From contig OZ234493.1 in NCBI GenBank assembly GCA_965153455.1, positions 31,982,213 to 32,046,212 of the forward strand: a stretch of 64,000 nucleotides of DNA, given 5' to 3'. A program made the position numbers and the translations under genes. The notes under the pieces were generated by a model. It was not told the DNA's origin. It worked only from the letters and a program-made list of their open reading frames with translations, and did no database searches. Shown here in pieces: positions 26,270 to 38,176 of the stretch. The stretch's first letter is position 1; each line of letters opens with the position of its first letter. Source of the DNA: Sphagnum compactum (Eukaryota).

Positions 26270-29026
26270 TGCATGGTATTATGGAACATGCACGGGGGTG
26301 GTGTAAAAAAATTGGAAACGGGGGTGCAAATACTAGAGTTATTTCAGGATGCTGACCTTGTATTATTAACCAAAACCTGACACTTCCCAGGCCAACATTT
26401 GCCACACGTTGAAGGGTTTGACTCACTTGCGGTTGTGCGCATTGTGAAGCCGGGAAGAACAAAAACGATAAAACATAACGGGGGGTTGCTGTTTACTTTC
26501 GTAGTCACTTCAGCCCAAACCTATCATAGTGGAAGGAAGGAAGCCATGATTCTTATCTATGGCTACGGGTCAGCAGGGGTGTTGCCCTCACTTGTATGTC
26601 TGCGTGGTGTATGCTGCCCCTATTGGCTCCAAACATGAGAGCGAATCCTTGTTCTAAAACCTAGCAACAGATATTGCTGAAGTTCAGACTCTAGGGGGCA
26701 TAGTATTATTGGGAGGGGATTTTAATATGCGTACTGCAACGTTACCAGATACCATTGACACTAGCGACCTTTGTGAACTATTACAGGCGCCTGAACTTGT
26801 TGAGACTTAGCAACCAAGTGTTGTGGTTAAACGACAGAATCGCGACGCTAATGTTGGCGGTTAGGGCCGCAAGCTCCTGGACCTATGTTGTGACGCTAGA
26901 TTGCTCATCCTCAATGGCTGAACACTTGGTGACGAATCAAGGGAGTTCATTTGCTTGGCAAATGGGCGGCGTAGCACTATCGATTATATTGTTGGCTCAC
27001 CTGCAATTTGGCAAGTTGCTACACACCTCGAGGTGATAACAGATGACACCCGCTATTGTGCGATGGGGGGAGACTCTGACCACAGGCCGTTACGCCTACG
27101 GTTGAACATCGATTATAACTTTGTTGAGCCACAACATATAGTTGTAACAATTTTTTTTTACCTAGGTTCAAATTTGATAAATCAAAAGCTGAAGAGTATC
27201 AGTTTGCACTAGCAGCGAATCTTGGAAACCTATGGGTTGCTTACTCAACCGGGCATCTGGGGGTAGATGGGTTAGCTGACCTACTGCAATAGTGCGTGGG
27301 TGTTACAGCAGAGTCTACTTTTAGTAACAAGCCTTCGGGAGGAAACTATAGAATGACACATTGCTATAAACCCTGGTTTGATGCTGACGGCTATATAATG
27401 AAGCGTGAGCTGAGGCTCTAGCTGAAAGCCAACCCCGATTCACACGTCATTAAACATCAGGCAAGTAAACTTAAAAAATTACTAAAAAAGAACAGAATTT
27501 TTTGGGAAACTACAAGAACTCAACATATGTGTACGTTTGCTAAGGTGCATGCAGTTTCGTTCTGGAAAAAGTACCGGCCAAGGGCACCCGTTGTGGGCAA
27601 AATCAATGCAGCTACGTTTTTGGAAAGCTTCCGCGAGCTAGTTGGCCAGTCTCCGCCACCCATACGGCTGCGAATTGATCACTCGGCCCAGGTGATGGAA
27701 CCTCCACCTAGCCACACCCTAAACATAGATATCACACTTGCTAAGCTGCTTGAGGCGCTAAAAAATCTACAAAGGAATAAGGCTGCTGGTTTGGATGGTA
27801 TGAAAGCTGAGTTCATTTTGGATGCGGGAGAGCTGCTACACATGCCATTATTGACAGTGTTCAATTGCTTTCTAATGGAAGGCTTTCCAAAAGCCCTTTC
27901 CACTGGGGTGGTCCACGTGCTCTTTAAAAGGGGCGATGCCTCTGAATTTGATAACTATAGGGGGACAACTATTGGGCCTATCTTAGCAAAGTTATTCACT
28001 ATGATCCTTGACAAAAGGCTGAGCGAGTGGGCTGAACAACATGGGTTGCGTGCCAAGGGTCAAGCTGGGTTCGCAAAGATTACAACACTACTGACCAACT
28101 CTTCATACTGCAAACTCTGATAAATAATAGTAAAGCAAAAAAGAAGCCACTTTATTGTTGCTTTGTGGACTTCAAAAAGACGTTCGATACTGTGCCGCGT
28201 GAAGTGTTGTGGGAAGTGTTGGCTAGCCTTGGGGTGGAAGGACGCTTCTTGTGATGCCTATAGGCGATGTATACCAAGGATACCGTACACATCAACCACC
28301 CAAGCGAGGGTGTCACCTCCAGCTTCAAGTGCCAACAAGGTGTGAAGCAAGGTTGCCCTCTCAGCCCCCTACTGTTTGGGCTATATTTGGATGCCTTGGA
28401 GGGGCGCCTGGACGGCAGAGAATGCGATGCACTGACCTTAGCAAACGTGCACGTATGGGTGTTGCTTTTTTGCAGATGACCTTGCTCTGACGTTGAAGTC
28501 AGAGCCGGGATTGCAACAATAGTTTAATGCGCTCCAGCAGTTCTGTGCTGAACGTGGACTTACAGTGAACGTGAAAAAAAACAAAAGTCATGGTGTTCAA
28601 CTCTACTGACCCATGCCAAGAGTTTGTGTTTGAAGGTGATGCTATTAAGCGTGTGCAGACCTTCAAATACCTGGGGATCTTGCTCGAGACCACCCCGAAC
28701 TTGGACAGTGCAGTGGAACATTTAGCAATTGCCAATAGGCGCTCGCTGTTCGCATTGAACCGCCGTTGTGCCGAGCTACGTATTATGGATGTCTAGTTAC
28801 GTTGTGACCTCTTCAACACGTTGGTGCATTCCACAACAAACTATGCTTGTGAGGTTTGGGTGGATTCCAAGAAAATAGAGGCTATTGAAGTAGTGTACCG
28901 AGGGTTCCTCAAGTCCTTGCTCGGGGTGTAAAAAACAACTAGCACGTCCATCGTGTTGGCAAAATTTGGCAAATTCCCCTTTGCACATTTTGCATGGGGA
29001 CAAGCGCTGTTGTACTATAACCGTGT
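26270..29026 (+). pseudogene. ORF2 5' part of the outer LINE: APE endonuclease and reverse transcriptase, with many stops and frameshifts
   Basis: WNMHG, LLGGDFN, STIDYIVGS, SDHRPL (APE); KAAGLDG, YRGTTIGPILAKLF, CFVDFKK, GVKQGCPLSPLLF, a frameshifted FADD region and FKYLG (RT). Confidence 0.85.
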
Positions 29027-29363
29027 TGACGCACTCCCAAATTCCTAGTGGACCCACTTGAGGGTCCAAGTGTGTGGCAATGCGGAAGGAGTTGGAACTT
29101 GGAGCACGCTCCCGACTTCTAGCACTAGAGGGGGGGGTGAGAGGGGTGTGCTAGAAGTCCCGGGATAGACTAGGAAGAGTTGACAAGCTTTACTCACTCA
29201 CACGGGCCTGCATGAAACCACACAAAGTGGTTAGAACTCATTCTGGGTCCTTTTGGTGTTGGGACAGCCACGGGTGAACTCGGACTCACTTTGACACACC
29301 ACACCCCGGGCTCGGGAGTAAGCCACCACCTTACTCCCTATAGTATACTCTGTGACTCGTCGC
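29027..29363 (-). repeat. 3' LTR, distal segment (TATA-like box, R/U5 side)
   Basis: Matches 42717-43054. Confidence 0.95.
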
Positions 29364-29469
29364 ATACGCTGCGGCTCGCCGCACTCCGTTCCCGGTTCAC
29401 GTATCAGAGAGGAGTGCAGTTCTAGATACCGAAATCAAAATTTCTTGATGTTTTCCTGAGCGCTTTTCG

Positions 29470-32363
29470 ATGGTGAAGTCGAATATCTCATCTGAGGCTG
29501 AAGATTTTCAAATCTCCAAACTTAATGAGTTCTCTCTCGTCGCTGATAGAATTAGGAAGGCGGGCCGAAACGCACGGCAAGGAGTTGGAAAGTTCAAAAG
29601 CAACACCAACCCTAACGGTGGCGGCGCCCGCCTTCCCGATCTTTCAAGCGGAGAAAATAATCAGCTCACCAACGGATCTTTTCCTTCGGCTGCTCCGATA
29701 GTGCTGTGCTCTCACGATTCTCCTCACGAGCTAAGCGATGCTCCTCACGGAAAATTGCTCAGCGAAGGAGAGAGAAAAGCAACTCTAGCATCGGAGGCCC
29801 AGACTGTGCCCGTAAGCTCGACGAGATGTCTATTCCAGGACCGAGGGACGCAAGCAACCTCGGAAAGGAGCGATGGCGGAGCCCGAAAAGTTCATCTTCA
29901 ACGGTCATTTCCGGACTCTCTCCTCCCGGACATCCCAGCGAAAGCTTCAACGGACGCGGACGAGGCATCAGGTCAATCTTCTCCTCTCCAGGTACTCTCC
30001 TCTCAATCCCTCTCTCTCCCTCGTTTATCAGAACCCGTTTCTGTGCTCGGTGGGGGAAAGTTGGATCAGGAAGCCCGGGGAGCCACGGCTGCGAAGCAAG
30101 TGGCAAGGGAAGACACCTCAGCTGCAAGAGCGAAGGATCCAAGCGAGAAGAACGACAGAAGAACATTGAGAAAGAAGCCGAGCATACATACATCGGCTCC
30201 GCCTACAAATCCGACTCTGATCGTGCAGCCGGGCAATGGACCAGGAAGAACCTCCCCCGCGGGGGAGGAAACCCAAGGCCCATCGCCGGTTGACTACAGC
30301 GTGGAGCTCAAGGTGGATTTCCCGAAAGAAATGGTGAAAGAAATGCAAGGCAACGCGGCCAGGAAGGCTCGCAGAACAATCATTGGTCGAATGATCGAAG
30401 GAAGAGCGACCTTCAAAGAACTTCAAGAGGCTCTGAGGCTCCACCTTCCGGCCACATACACTTCAACAACGCTCTTAACGAGAGGCTTCTTCCTCGTCCT
30501 CTTCGAGAATGAGGAAGGAGCTACACAAACCAGAAAGCTCGCATCGGTGGACTGGAACGGGCTCAGCCTTTCCTTTTCCAGATACAACCCGAACTTTAAC
30601 GCCAACGCGCAAGGAGCGGAAGCACTCCTCACGCACACAATAAAGGTACAATTTCCTGACCTACACGAGCAGTTCAGAAACGAGAAAGCTCTCACCATAA
30701 TGGCGAGCAAGCTCGGTGAGGTGCTCGACATAGAGGAGGCAGACTCGTACATGAAGAGACCCGCCGGCCCAATGGTGACGATCGAAGTGAAGACCATCAC
30801 CAAGTTAGCGGGATATATCAGGATCCCCTCCATGGCGGAGGGCGCCTCCGTCACGGACACAATTCGCCAGAGCATTCTGTACTCGGGACTCCCAAACCAA
30901 TGCAGAAAATGCCGAAGATTCGGGCATCAAGCCCGAACGTGCAACAACGCAAGAAGCAAAACATATGCTGGGGTCACAACACACAACTCCTCATCAAACG
31001 CGACTGACGGCGGGCTGCTGAGAGCGCGCCAATCCCTTGGAATCGCCACGCGCGAGAAGGAGCACGGCCCCACTCTGACAGCGGCTCACGATCCGCAGAC
31101 CGCCGATAGAATACGAGATCGCACGGGAACGAGGAAGTCGTGGAATCGTACCTCGGCCCCACTCCCATCGACAGATACGACAAGAGCTCAGGTAAGCAAT
31201 CGGTCATCGAATCCTCACCGAAGCTCACCAATCGAAGCTCAGACGGACCTAGAAATGTCCGAACCTTCATCGCCTCCAAGCCGGGCAAGGGGTGAAACTC
31301 GGGCGGAGCCCAAAAATCCCCCAGAGACTGCCACGACACCTAAAAACAAACTTTGTTTCGGGCTTCCCGGAATCCCCGACCCGCAAGCACAAAAGTTGGA
31401 CGCGAAGACTAACCCATTCGCGATCTTTAACGAAGGAAGCCGAGGGGAAAGCAAGTGCAACAGGCAGCAAGAGGACGTCTCGGAAGGCTGGCCCTTCCAA
31501 GGACAAAGGAAGCATGCTCCCAAGCTCGCTTCGCCCAGGCCGGAATCGCAACACGCTCTCCCCCACACCCCCCAACAAGACACAACGCCTGGAGGAAAAA
31601 GAGGACAGCTCCACTCAGAGGTTCACACCTCTTTCTTCTCTTCCCTCGGCATGTCAATCCCAGACAACGGAGAACCATTTAGAGCTAGGATTTGGCCGGT
31701 CCTTACAAGAGAGAAAAATGGAAATACGGAGACCTTAGTTCACTTCAAAAATCAGAACAAACCGAGCCTCCCGCTCAGTTAAGAATCACGGGTTCCGCCG
31801 AAGTCACTTGGAATCAGGACTCGGCCTGGGCGGACCTTATTCAAAGACTAGAGACGGAACTAGAAGAGAAAGTTCTGAGATACAAGTTAACGCTCAAAGA
31901 GCGGCCCCAACTAGAGTGGAGCTGGCAAAAGGAGCCGAGCAGAGGCGGGACGGAATGCACCATCCTAGCCCACATCGACTCGGGATCCAGTGCATTGAGC
32001 ACCCAAAACAAACGCCACTTGCACTGGAAAGTCCTGGACAACTCGCACGAAATGAGCAACGAGATGGAATTCTCGGCTCAAGCCCATAACCTGCTGATGA
32101 AGACCGAGGCCACGCTTTCGGAACACCAAGAAAGCAAAAACCGATCAGCCAGCATTCAAGCTTCGCCACAGGCGGCGAGAAAGAAGAGGTTCATCAAGCT
32201 CAACCTCAATCTATTTGACCCGCAGCCGACGATCAAGAACTGCCCCGCCATTCCGAACCAAGAGCAAGAGGTCGGAAGCAAAGAGGATCAAACAAGAGAG
32301 ACGCCAGAAGAAGAGGGATCGATCGGCCACAAGGCCGCCCGGAATCGACTCACCTATGTCTGA
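29470..32363 (+). pseudogene. LINE ORF1 (about 964 aa if a 1-nt deletion near 31779 is repaired): DUF4283-like region and CCHC knuckle
   Basis: RGFFLVLFEN...LSFSRYNPNF...IMASKLGEVLDI...YSGLPNQCRKCRRFGHQARTC. Adding one T joins LPLS to LRITGS of the 31692-32363 frame. Confidence 0.85.
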
Positions 32364-35300
32364 TAAAACGTTAACTCTGGCTTCCCTCAACGTCAGGGGC
32401 ATAAGGAGGGACTCCCCCAAACCCAAGGAGATCAAAGCTTGGATGGCCTCACTACCCTCCCCTCCTCAAGTCCTCCTAATTCAAGAGCATCACCTTGGCA
32501 AAGAAGACATTCAGAATGCAGCGAAGGGTATGGAATTTTGGAACGGTACCGCGCTGTGGAACGAGGGCATTCCCATGGGCCCCTCGCAAAGGATGAGTGC
32601 TGGAACGGCAATCTTGATAGACAGAGCGTCCTCCCCGCTCATCAAAGACCATGGCATTCTGATGGAAGGCCGGGCTCAATTCGTATCGCTCCAGTCCCCG
32701 GAGGGGGGGACTCTAACGATCATCAATGTGTACGCCCAGCGATCATCAAGAGAGAGGGCCCCCCTCTAGCGAAAAATCACCCAGGCGGATTTTGCAACGG
32801 ACCATGTCGTGGTGGGAGGGGACTTCAACCACCTCGAGGAGACAACACGACGTGGAACAGCCGGCGAAAGGCAAATCCACAGGCGGGAGGCAGCCGCCTG
32901 GCACCAAATGACATTGAGATATGGCCTCGCTGACGCCTGGACGCTCGATAGCTTCAGGAAGATGTCGAAGAAGAGCTTCACCTTCGACAACGGTAGAGCC
33001 GGAGCCCTTTCGGCCGTCTCAAGGATCGACAAATTTCTTGTCTCACAAGAAATCGAGGAAAGAGGCGGACGCATGGAGGCCGCGGCCTCCATCAGAAAAC
33101 TTTCCGACCACTTTCCGCTCATCATCACAATATGGGGACACCACCCACCACCAATCAATTCCGCTCGATTCTTCGACGCGGCCTTGCTCAGCGAGGAGAG
33201 TTGTAGAACCGAGATGTTGGAAGCTTGGAACGGGGGCACGGAGCGCCCCACTGATGGCCGCGGTTGGGCAAAATGGCTCGAGGAGTCATTGTGCAGAGTG
33301 AACCTTTGCAACGCGCGCATGGCAAAAGAAAAAAGGCGTGCTCAGGGGACACGCGTCAGATCATGCGCCAAAAAAATCCAGCTGGCGGAGCTCCAGCTGC
33401 AAAAGGACCCCACTAACGTGGAGGTACGAGAGATCCTGTCGGACGCCCAAGGCAAGCTGGCGGAATACTTCCAAGCCACCGTGGAACGCAACCGACACAT
33501 CACCGCCGCTAATTGGCTCAGGTACGGTGACACCTGCTCCAAACTTTTCTTCGATTTCCACCGAATAGGAAAAAAGAAGACGCTAATGAGGGAACTGGCA
33601 TCCGACGAGGGCACCATCGCGGGCCAATCAGACCTCAGCCACCACGTCACAAACTTCTACTCCCGCCTCTACACCTCGGAAGCCAGCAAGGCCGGCACCG
33701 TGGAAGCACAAGAGCGGTGCTAGCAAAGCGTCCCGAGCAAAATCTCAAGAGAGATGAACGAGAGACTGACACGTCGTCTCTCGCTAGAGGAGGTGCGCGA
33801 CGCCATCAGAGCTTTGCCCAAGGGCAAAGCGCCGGGACACGATGGCATCCCCATGGAGTTTTTCCACGAATTCGAGCAGGAGATCGCCCCGGATCTCTTG
33901 CAAGCCTTCTCGGAAATGCTCACTGAGGGCGCCACCTCGCCTTTCATCAACAAAGGAATCATAACTCTCATCCTGAAATCTGGGGACAGAGCAAAGCTCA
34001 ACAATTGGAGGCCCATAACGCTACTTGGTAGCGTATACAAAATCCTTGCAAAAATTCTCGCCGGAAGGCTCCAAGCGGTCCTCCCGGACACCATACGACC
34101 CAATCAGACGGGTTTCGTGGAAGGGAGGTCAATTCTCGACAACGTATTCATGGCGCAGGAAGCCCTCGGCTGGGCCGAAGAAAGCAATCAAGACTTGGTC
34201 TTATTCTTGCTTGACTTCGAAAAAGCCTTCGATCGTATCGAGTGGAATTTCCTATTCTCCGCTCTGGAAAAACTAGGATTCGATAGCACCTGGATTCGTT
34301 GGGTGACCTCTCTTTACAAGGGGGCTTCATCAGCCATCAAGATGAACGGAGTGACTGGCCCGGATTTCCAATTGGATAGATCGGTGAGGCAAGGTTGCCC
34401 CCTCGCACCGTATCTATTCATTCTTGCCACGGACGTCCTCGGATACTTACTGGCCGACCCCACACACGGGGTAGAGGGCTTGTCTCTCCCGAAGGGCGGC
34501 CTCATTAGAGACCAGACCTTCGCAGATGACACTGCCCTCTACCTCAGAGGAACTCCCTCCAATCTCGACAAGGCCCAAAGCGTCCTAGACCTATTTTGCG
34601 CTGCCTCAGGCGCAAAGATCAACTGGCACAAGTCAGCGGCCATATGGGCAAGCAACAACGAGCGGACTTGGCAATGGGGAACCGACGTAGGACTCAAATG
34701 GGTCCCGGACGGTGAAGGCATCAGGTACCTCGGAGTTCAGGTCGGCTCACACCTTCCGGCAGAAGCCAACTTTGATAAGATGATGATGGCCTTGAAAAGC
34801 AAGCTGATAAGTTGGAGCCACAGCCGTTTATCCCTGGCCGGAAGGATCTTGGTTGCCAACCAGGTCCTCCTGGCTTCCATGTGGTATATCGCCGCGTGTT
34901 GGAACCCCAACCCCCGGATGATCTCCCAGATCAGAGGAGTGGTCAGGAATTTCATCTGGGGCGGCAAGGACGCCCCAGCACGCGCCAAAGTCAAATGGGC
35001 CACACTAACGCTACCGACCCCCCAAGGGGGGTTGGGAATCATCGACCCCAAGGCCCAATCTGAGGCTCTGCTGGCCAAACTGCTCATCAGGGGGCTTGCC
35101 CCGGGAGGCGAACCCTGGAAAGAGCTCCTCCGACACAAGGCTGACCAGACCCGACTCCCCGTTCACAGCAAAGGTCCCAACACCCCGGACCTGAACTGGA
35201 TATTTGCCGCTCCAAAGGTCAAGAGAGTTCCTTGCTCTATGTGGAAGAGCATTATCGGCGCCTGGATGCACGTGAGACCCGGCCTCACCAAGGCGGAACC

Positions 35301-36714
35301 ATCCAACATGGCAGAAATTCTCAGACAACCGTTATTCGGCAACCCTCTAATCCTAAATGAGAGAGGAACTCCGCTAGGCCTGGGCGGCTCGAGGGACGGA
35401 AGCGCATTTGCGAGAGCCGGTCACTCTCGGACAAAGGACCTCTGGAACTCGGAGGCGCAAACCTGGAAAAGCCTCGCAGAACTCGGAATGAGCTACCATC
35501 CCTCAAACAGGGAATGCAAAGAAGCCATCACAGCCAGAATTCCGTGGAGCCTTTCGGAAAGCCCCAACACCCTGAAGGAAGGAGACTGGGTAAGCAACCC
35601 CACTCCCCTCGCAGGGGCCCCGCTCGACTGGATCTACTTCGTGCTCAGCGCAACGTCGGGTCAAGCCAAAGCGATCGAATTCAAAAGAAGCGCCCAAAGC
35701 GGACGCATCCAGGCCTCCACGAATCAAACCATCACCATCGCCACCGGAAACCTTCTTCCGGTCAGGATTCTGGCTCAAGACAGACCCGGATCCCACTTCA
35801 AAATAGCAAGAGAACTGAGGAATCCCAACAAGAAGACCTCGATCTTCTGGATCTTCGAAAACGGCTTCATTCAGGACCTTCCCTGGGACCCAGGGGAATG
35901 GCGATGGCATCCCTCCCAGCCTCTCGGGGACGCGCCTTTCTTCGGATACACCGCCAAGAGAGGCTACATCAATGCCAGGAGCCCTTCGTCCACCCCGCAC
36001 ATAATCTTGTTAATCCAAGGCCTCAATCTCCGCAACACAACAACGTCTCAAGCCATCGCCAGATTATGGCACAATGTTCGCCCAAGGAAAACGAGCACTC
36101 TCATCTGGCTCACCCTCAACCAGGGCCTTCCGGTGGGCTCCTGGCTCAAAATCATGGGCCTCCCCTCGCAATGCAAGGTGTGCAACTCGGGTGCCGAGGA
36201 GACCCCGCAACACTGCCTACTTGACTGTCCTAAAGCTCAAACCGCCTGGAAAGCTTATGAGCGTGTTTGGACCGAATGGAAAACCAACCGAAATCTTGAG
36301 ATCTCCTGGCCCTTCGTTCTCATCGGTGAAGCCGTCCTGGAATACGAAGATGATCCTCCTGGCCAACTCGCGTACCACACGGGCGGCTTCACTTATCCCC
36401 GCCAACCACTCGACATCCTCCGGAGCTTCGTCCTCTACTTTATCTGGTCGGAAAGGTGCAGAAAGCACTTCGATGATCATTACTCCCTTCGCAAAATCTT
36501 GCTAGACGCCTGGGCGGCGACGGTGGAGGTCGGTATGGCCACCTGGAAGGCTATTAGATCTCACCGTCAGCCCAAGGACCCTGAGATTCAGCTTAGCATT
36601 GAGCGTAATTTTAGGAAAGAATGGCTTCACCTGAACATTCTCGGGACGGACAGCGCCACCATTCGGTGGCACTACCTCCCCCCCCTGTACTTTCTCCATT
36701 TATCTAATAATTGA
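32356..36714 (+). pseudogene. LINE ORF2 (1452 codons): APE endonuclease, RT and C-terminal zinc finger, with two in-frame TAG stops
   Basis: SLNVRG, IQEH, INVYA, GGDFN, SRIDKF, SDHFP; KAPGHDG, NWRPITLL, LDFEKAFD, RQGCPL, FADD, RYLG; CKVC...HCLLDC. The three ORF pieces share one frame, with stops at 32767 and 33721. Confidence 0.93.
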
Positions 36715-36751
36715 AGGGGCTGCTGCCTCCCTCTCTGCAGGGATTCACCCC

Positions 36752-37380
36752 CTGTGACTCGTCGCGGGGGTGGCATCCAAATGGCCTTTTTGTCCCGGGA
36801 CTCCCGGGACTCCCGCGTGGGAGTCCCGAAATCGCGCATTTTCGGGACTCCCGCGACTTTGAAGCTTCGTAACTATCGGAGCAGACCTCCGATCGACTCG
36901 TCGTCTGAAGCAAAGTTGTAGGTCTCGTCGAGACCTTTCCAACGGTATGTCGCACGTTTTCTGCAGCCAAGTATTTCGGGTCGATTCCCGACTTTTAGTG
37001 GTCGGGAGTCAAAACTGGCGGACTCCCGGGAGTTCGACTCCCGGGCCTTCTTTTGGCCATAACTTGTGTTTCAGATGTCCAAATGAGCAATGCGAGCCCA
37101 TTTTAGACATCTACACTTCAAGAGCTTTCCATTGATATAAAGAGCGCAACAAGTCATTGAGTTTTGACCCCTCAAAACGCTCTCTAAAGTTTTGAGAGTC
37201 CTTTTGGGACTCCACTCTCACCAACTCCCAACATGGGAGTTCACTTGGGAGTGTGAGGGTTCACTCCCTCACACTCTTTGCACTCCCGGGAGCATGTGAT
37301 ATGACTCCCGGGTCTACTTATAGGCTCGCACACTTGCGACCCCCTTGCCTTGGTCGCGAGCCAAGGCTAGGGTTGCGACA
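36752..37380 (-). repeat. 3' LTR, proximal (U3) segment, including the second copy of the LINE TSD
   Basis: Matches 43041-43669. Confidence 0.95.
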
Positions 37381-37390
37381 CTCTCCCCCA
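37381..37390 (-). promoter_or_regulatory. Polypurine tract
   Basis: Minus strand reads TGGGGGAGAG directly before the 3' LTR TG. Confidence 0.88.
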
Positions 37391-38176
37391 CTAGAAAAAG
37401 AGGTCAATGTCCTCATTGACACTTAGAATTTATTTCTTCAATGCAATTGCTTTTCTTTGGATCCTTGGCCATCAAATGCCGACTCCTTGCGGCTTGGACC
37501 TTGTCTCAAGCTAACTTAGGCGTCCCCAAGCTTCCAACACTCTCTTGACAAGTCCAAGAGGGTCTCATAAAAAACCCTCTTCCAATGCTTCGTCAAAAGA
37601 CCTAAACTAGCCTAATTGACGAAGCCCTCATTTGGGAAGCACTTTCCATCCTTCCCCTCATGAGGAACTCAAGTCAAGTCTAATCTTGACCTAAGCTACT
37701 TGACATGACTCCTTTCCCAATCTCGCGCCTCGGTCACAACAACCAAGCCTTAACAAAAAGGTATGCCTATCAAGGTACGAGAAGCAACGTTTAGGCTCTG
37801 CAAAGGCCTAAGTCCCAAGCTACGCGATTATAGTACGCGAACGGGGTCATGACTTCCCGCGTTGGCTACCACTACCAACCAACCCTTCGGGATGCATTTT
37901 GGGCATGTGCACGTCCTCGCAAGCTCACCTTGCTTGCCTCCTCTTTTGGGACCAAGATTTCTCTTAGCCCCCAAGTAGGAGTCCGATTTTGATTTGAGCT
38001 TACGCAAGAGAGTTCCATTTGTCCATGCCATTTGACAACCCCTTTTCTATCATACTCACTTATGTTTGTGATGCAATCTCTTCGAAGTTTTAAAATTTAG
38101 CCTTCATTTCACTTGCAACTTGATGTGGTACATTTGTGTAACTTTCCGCCCCACTAAAAGAAAGGTGATGTCCTCA

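Larger units (their letters stand above)
29364..36751 (+). mobile_element. Full-length L1/Tx1-type LINE (7388 bp) inserted in the chromovirus 3' LTR
   Basis: Perfect 14-bp TSD CTGTGACTCGTCGC (29350-63 and 36752-65), 106-nt 5' UTR, ORF1, ORF2, 37-nt 3' UTR, no poly(A). Confidence 0.95.

Noticed and set aside
29380-29420. tRNA-like or Pol III B-box (GGTTCAC) at the LINE 5' end
   Set aside because: No cloverleaf and a poor match to GGTTCRANTCC.
36704-37135. Near-identical short ORFs here and at 43022-43424
   Set aside because: They simply reflect the two LTR copies and are not genes.
37828-38031. Extra ORF between pol and the PPT
   Set aside because: Only 67 aa with no recognisable motif, so treated as 3' UTR.
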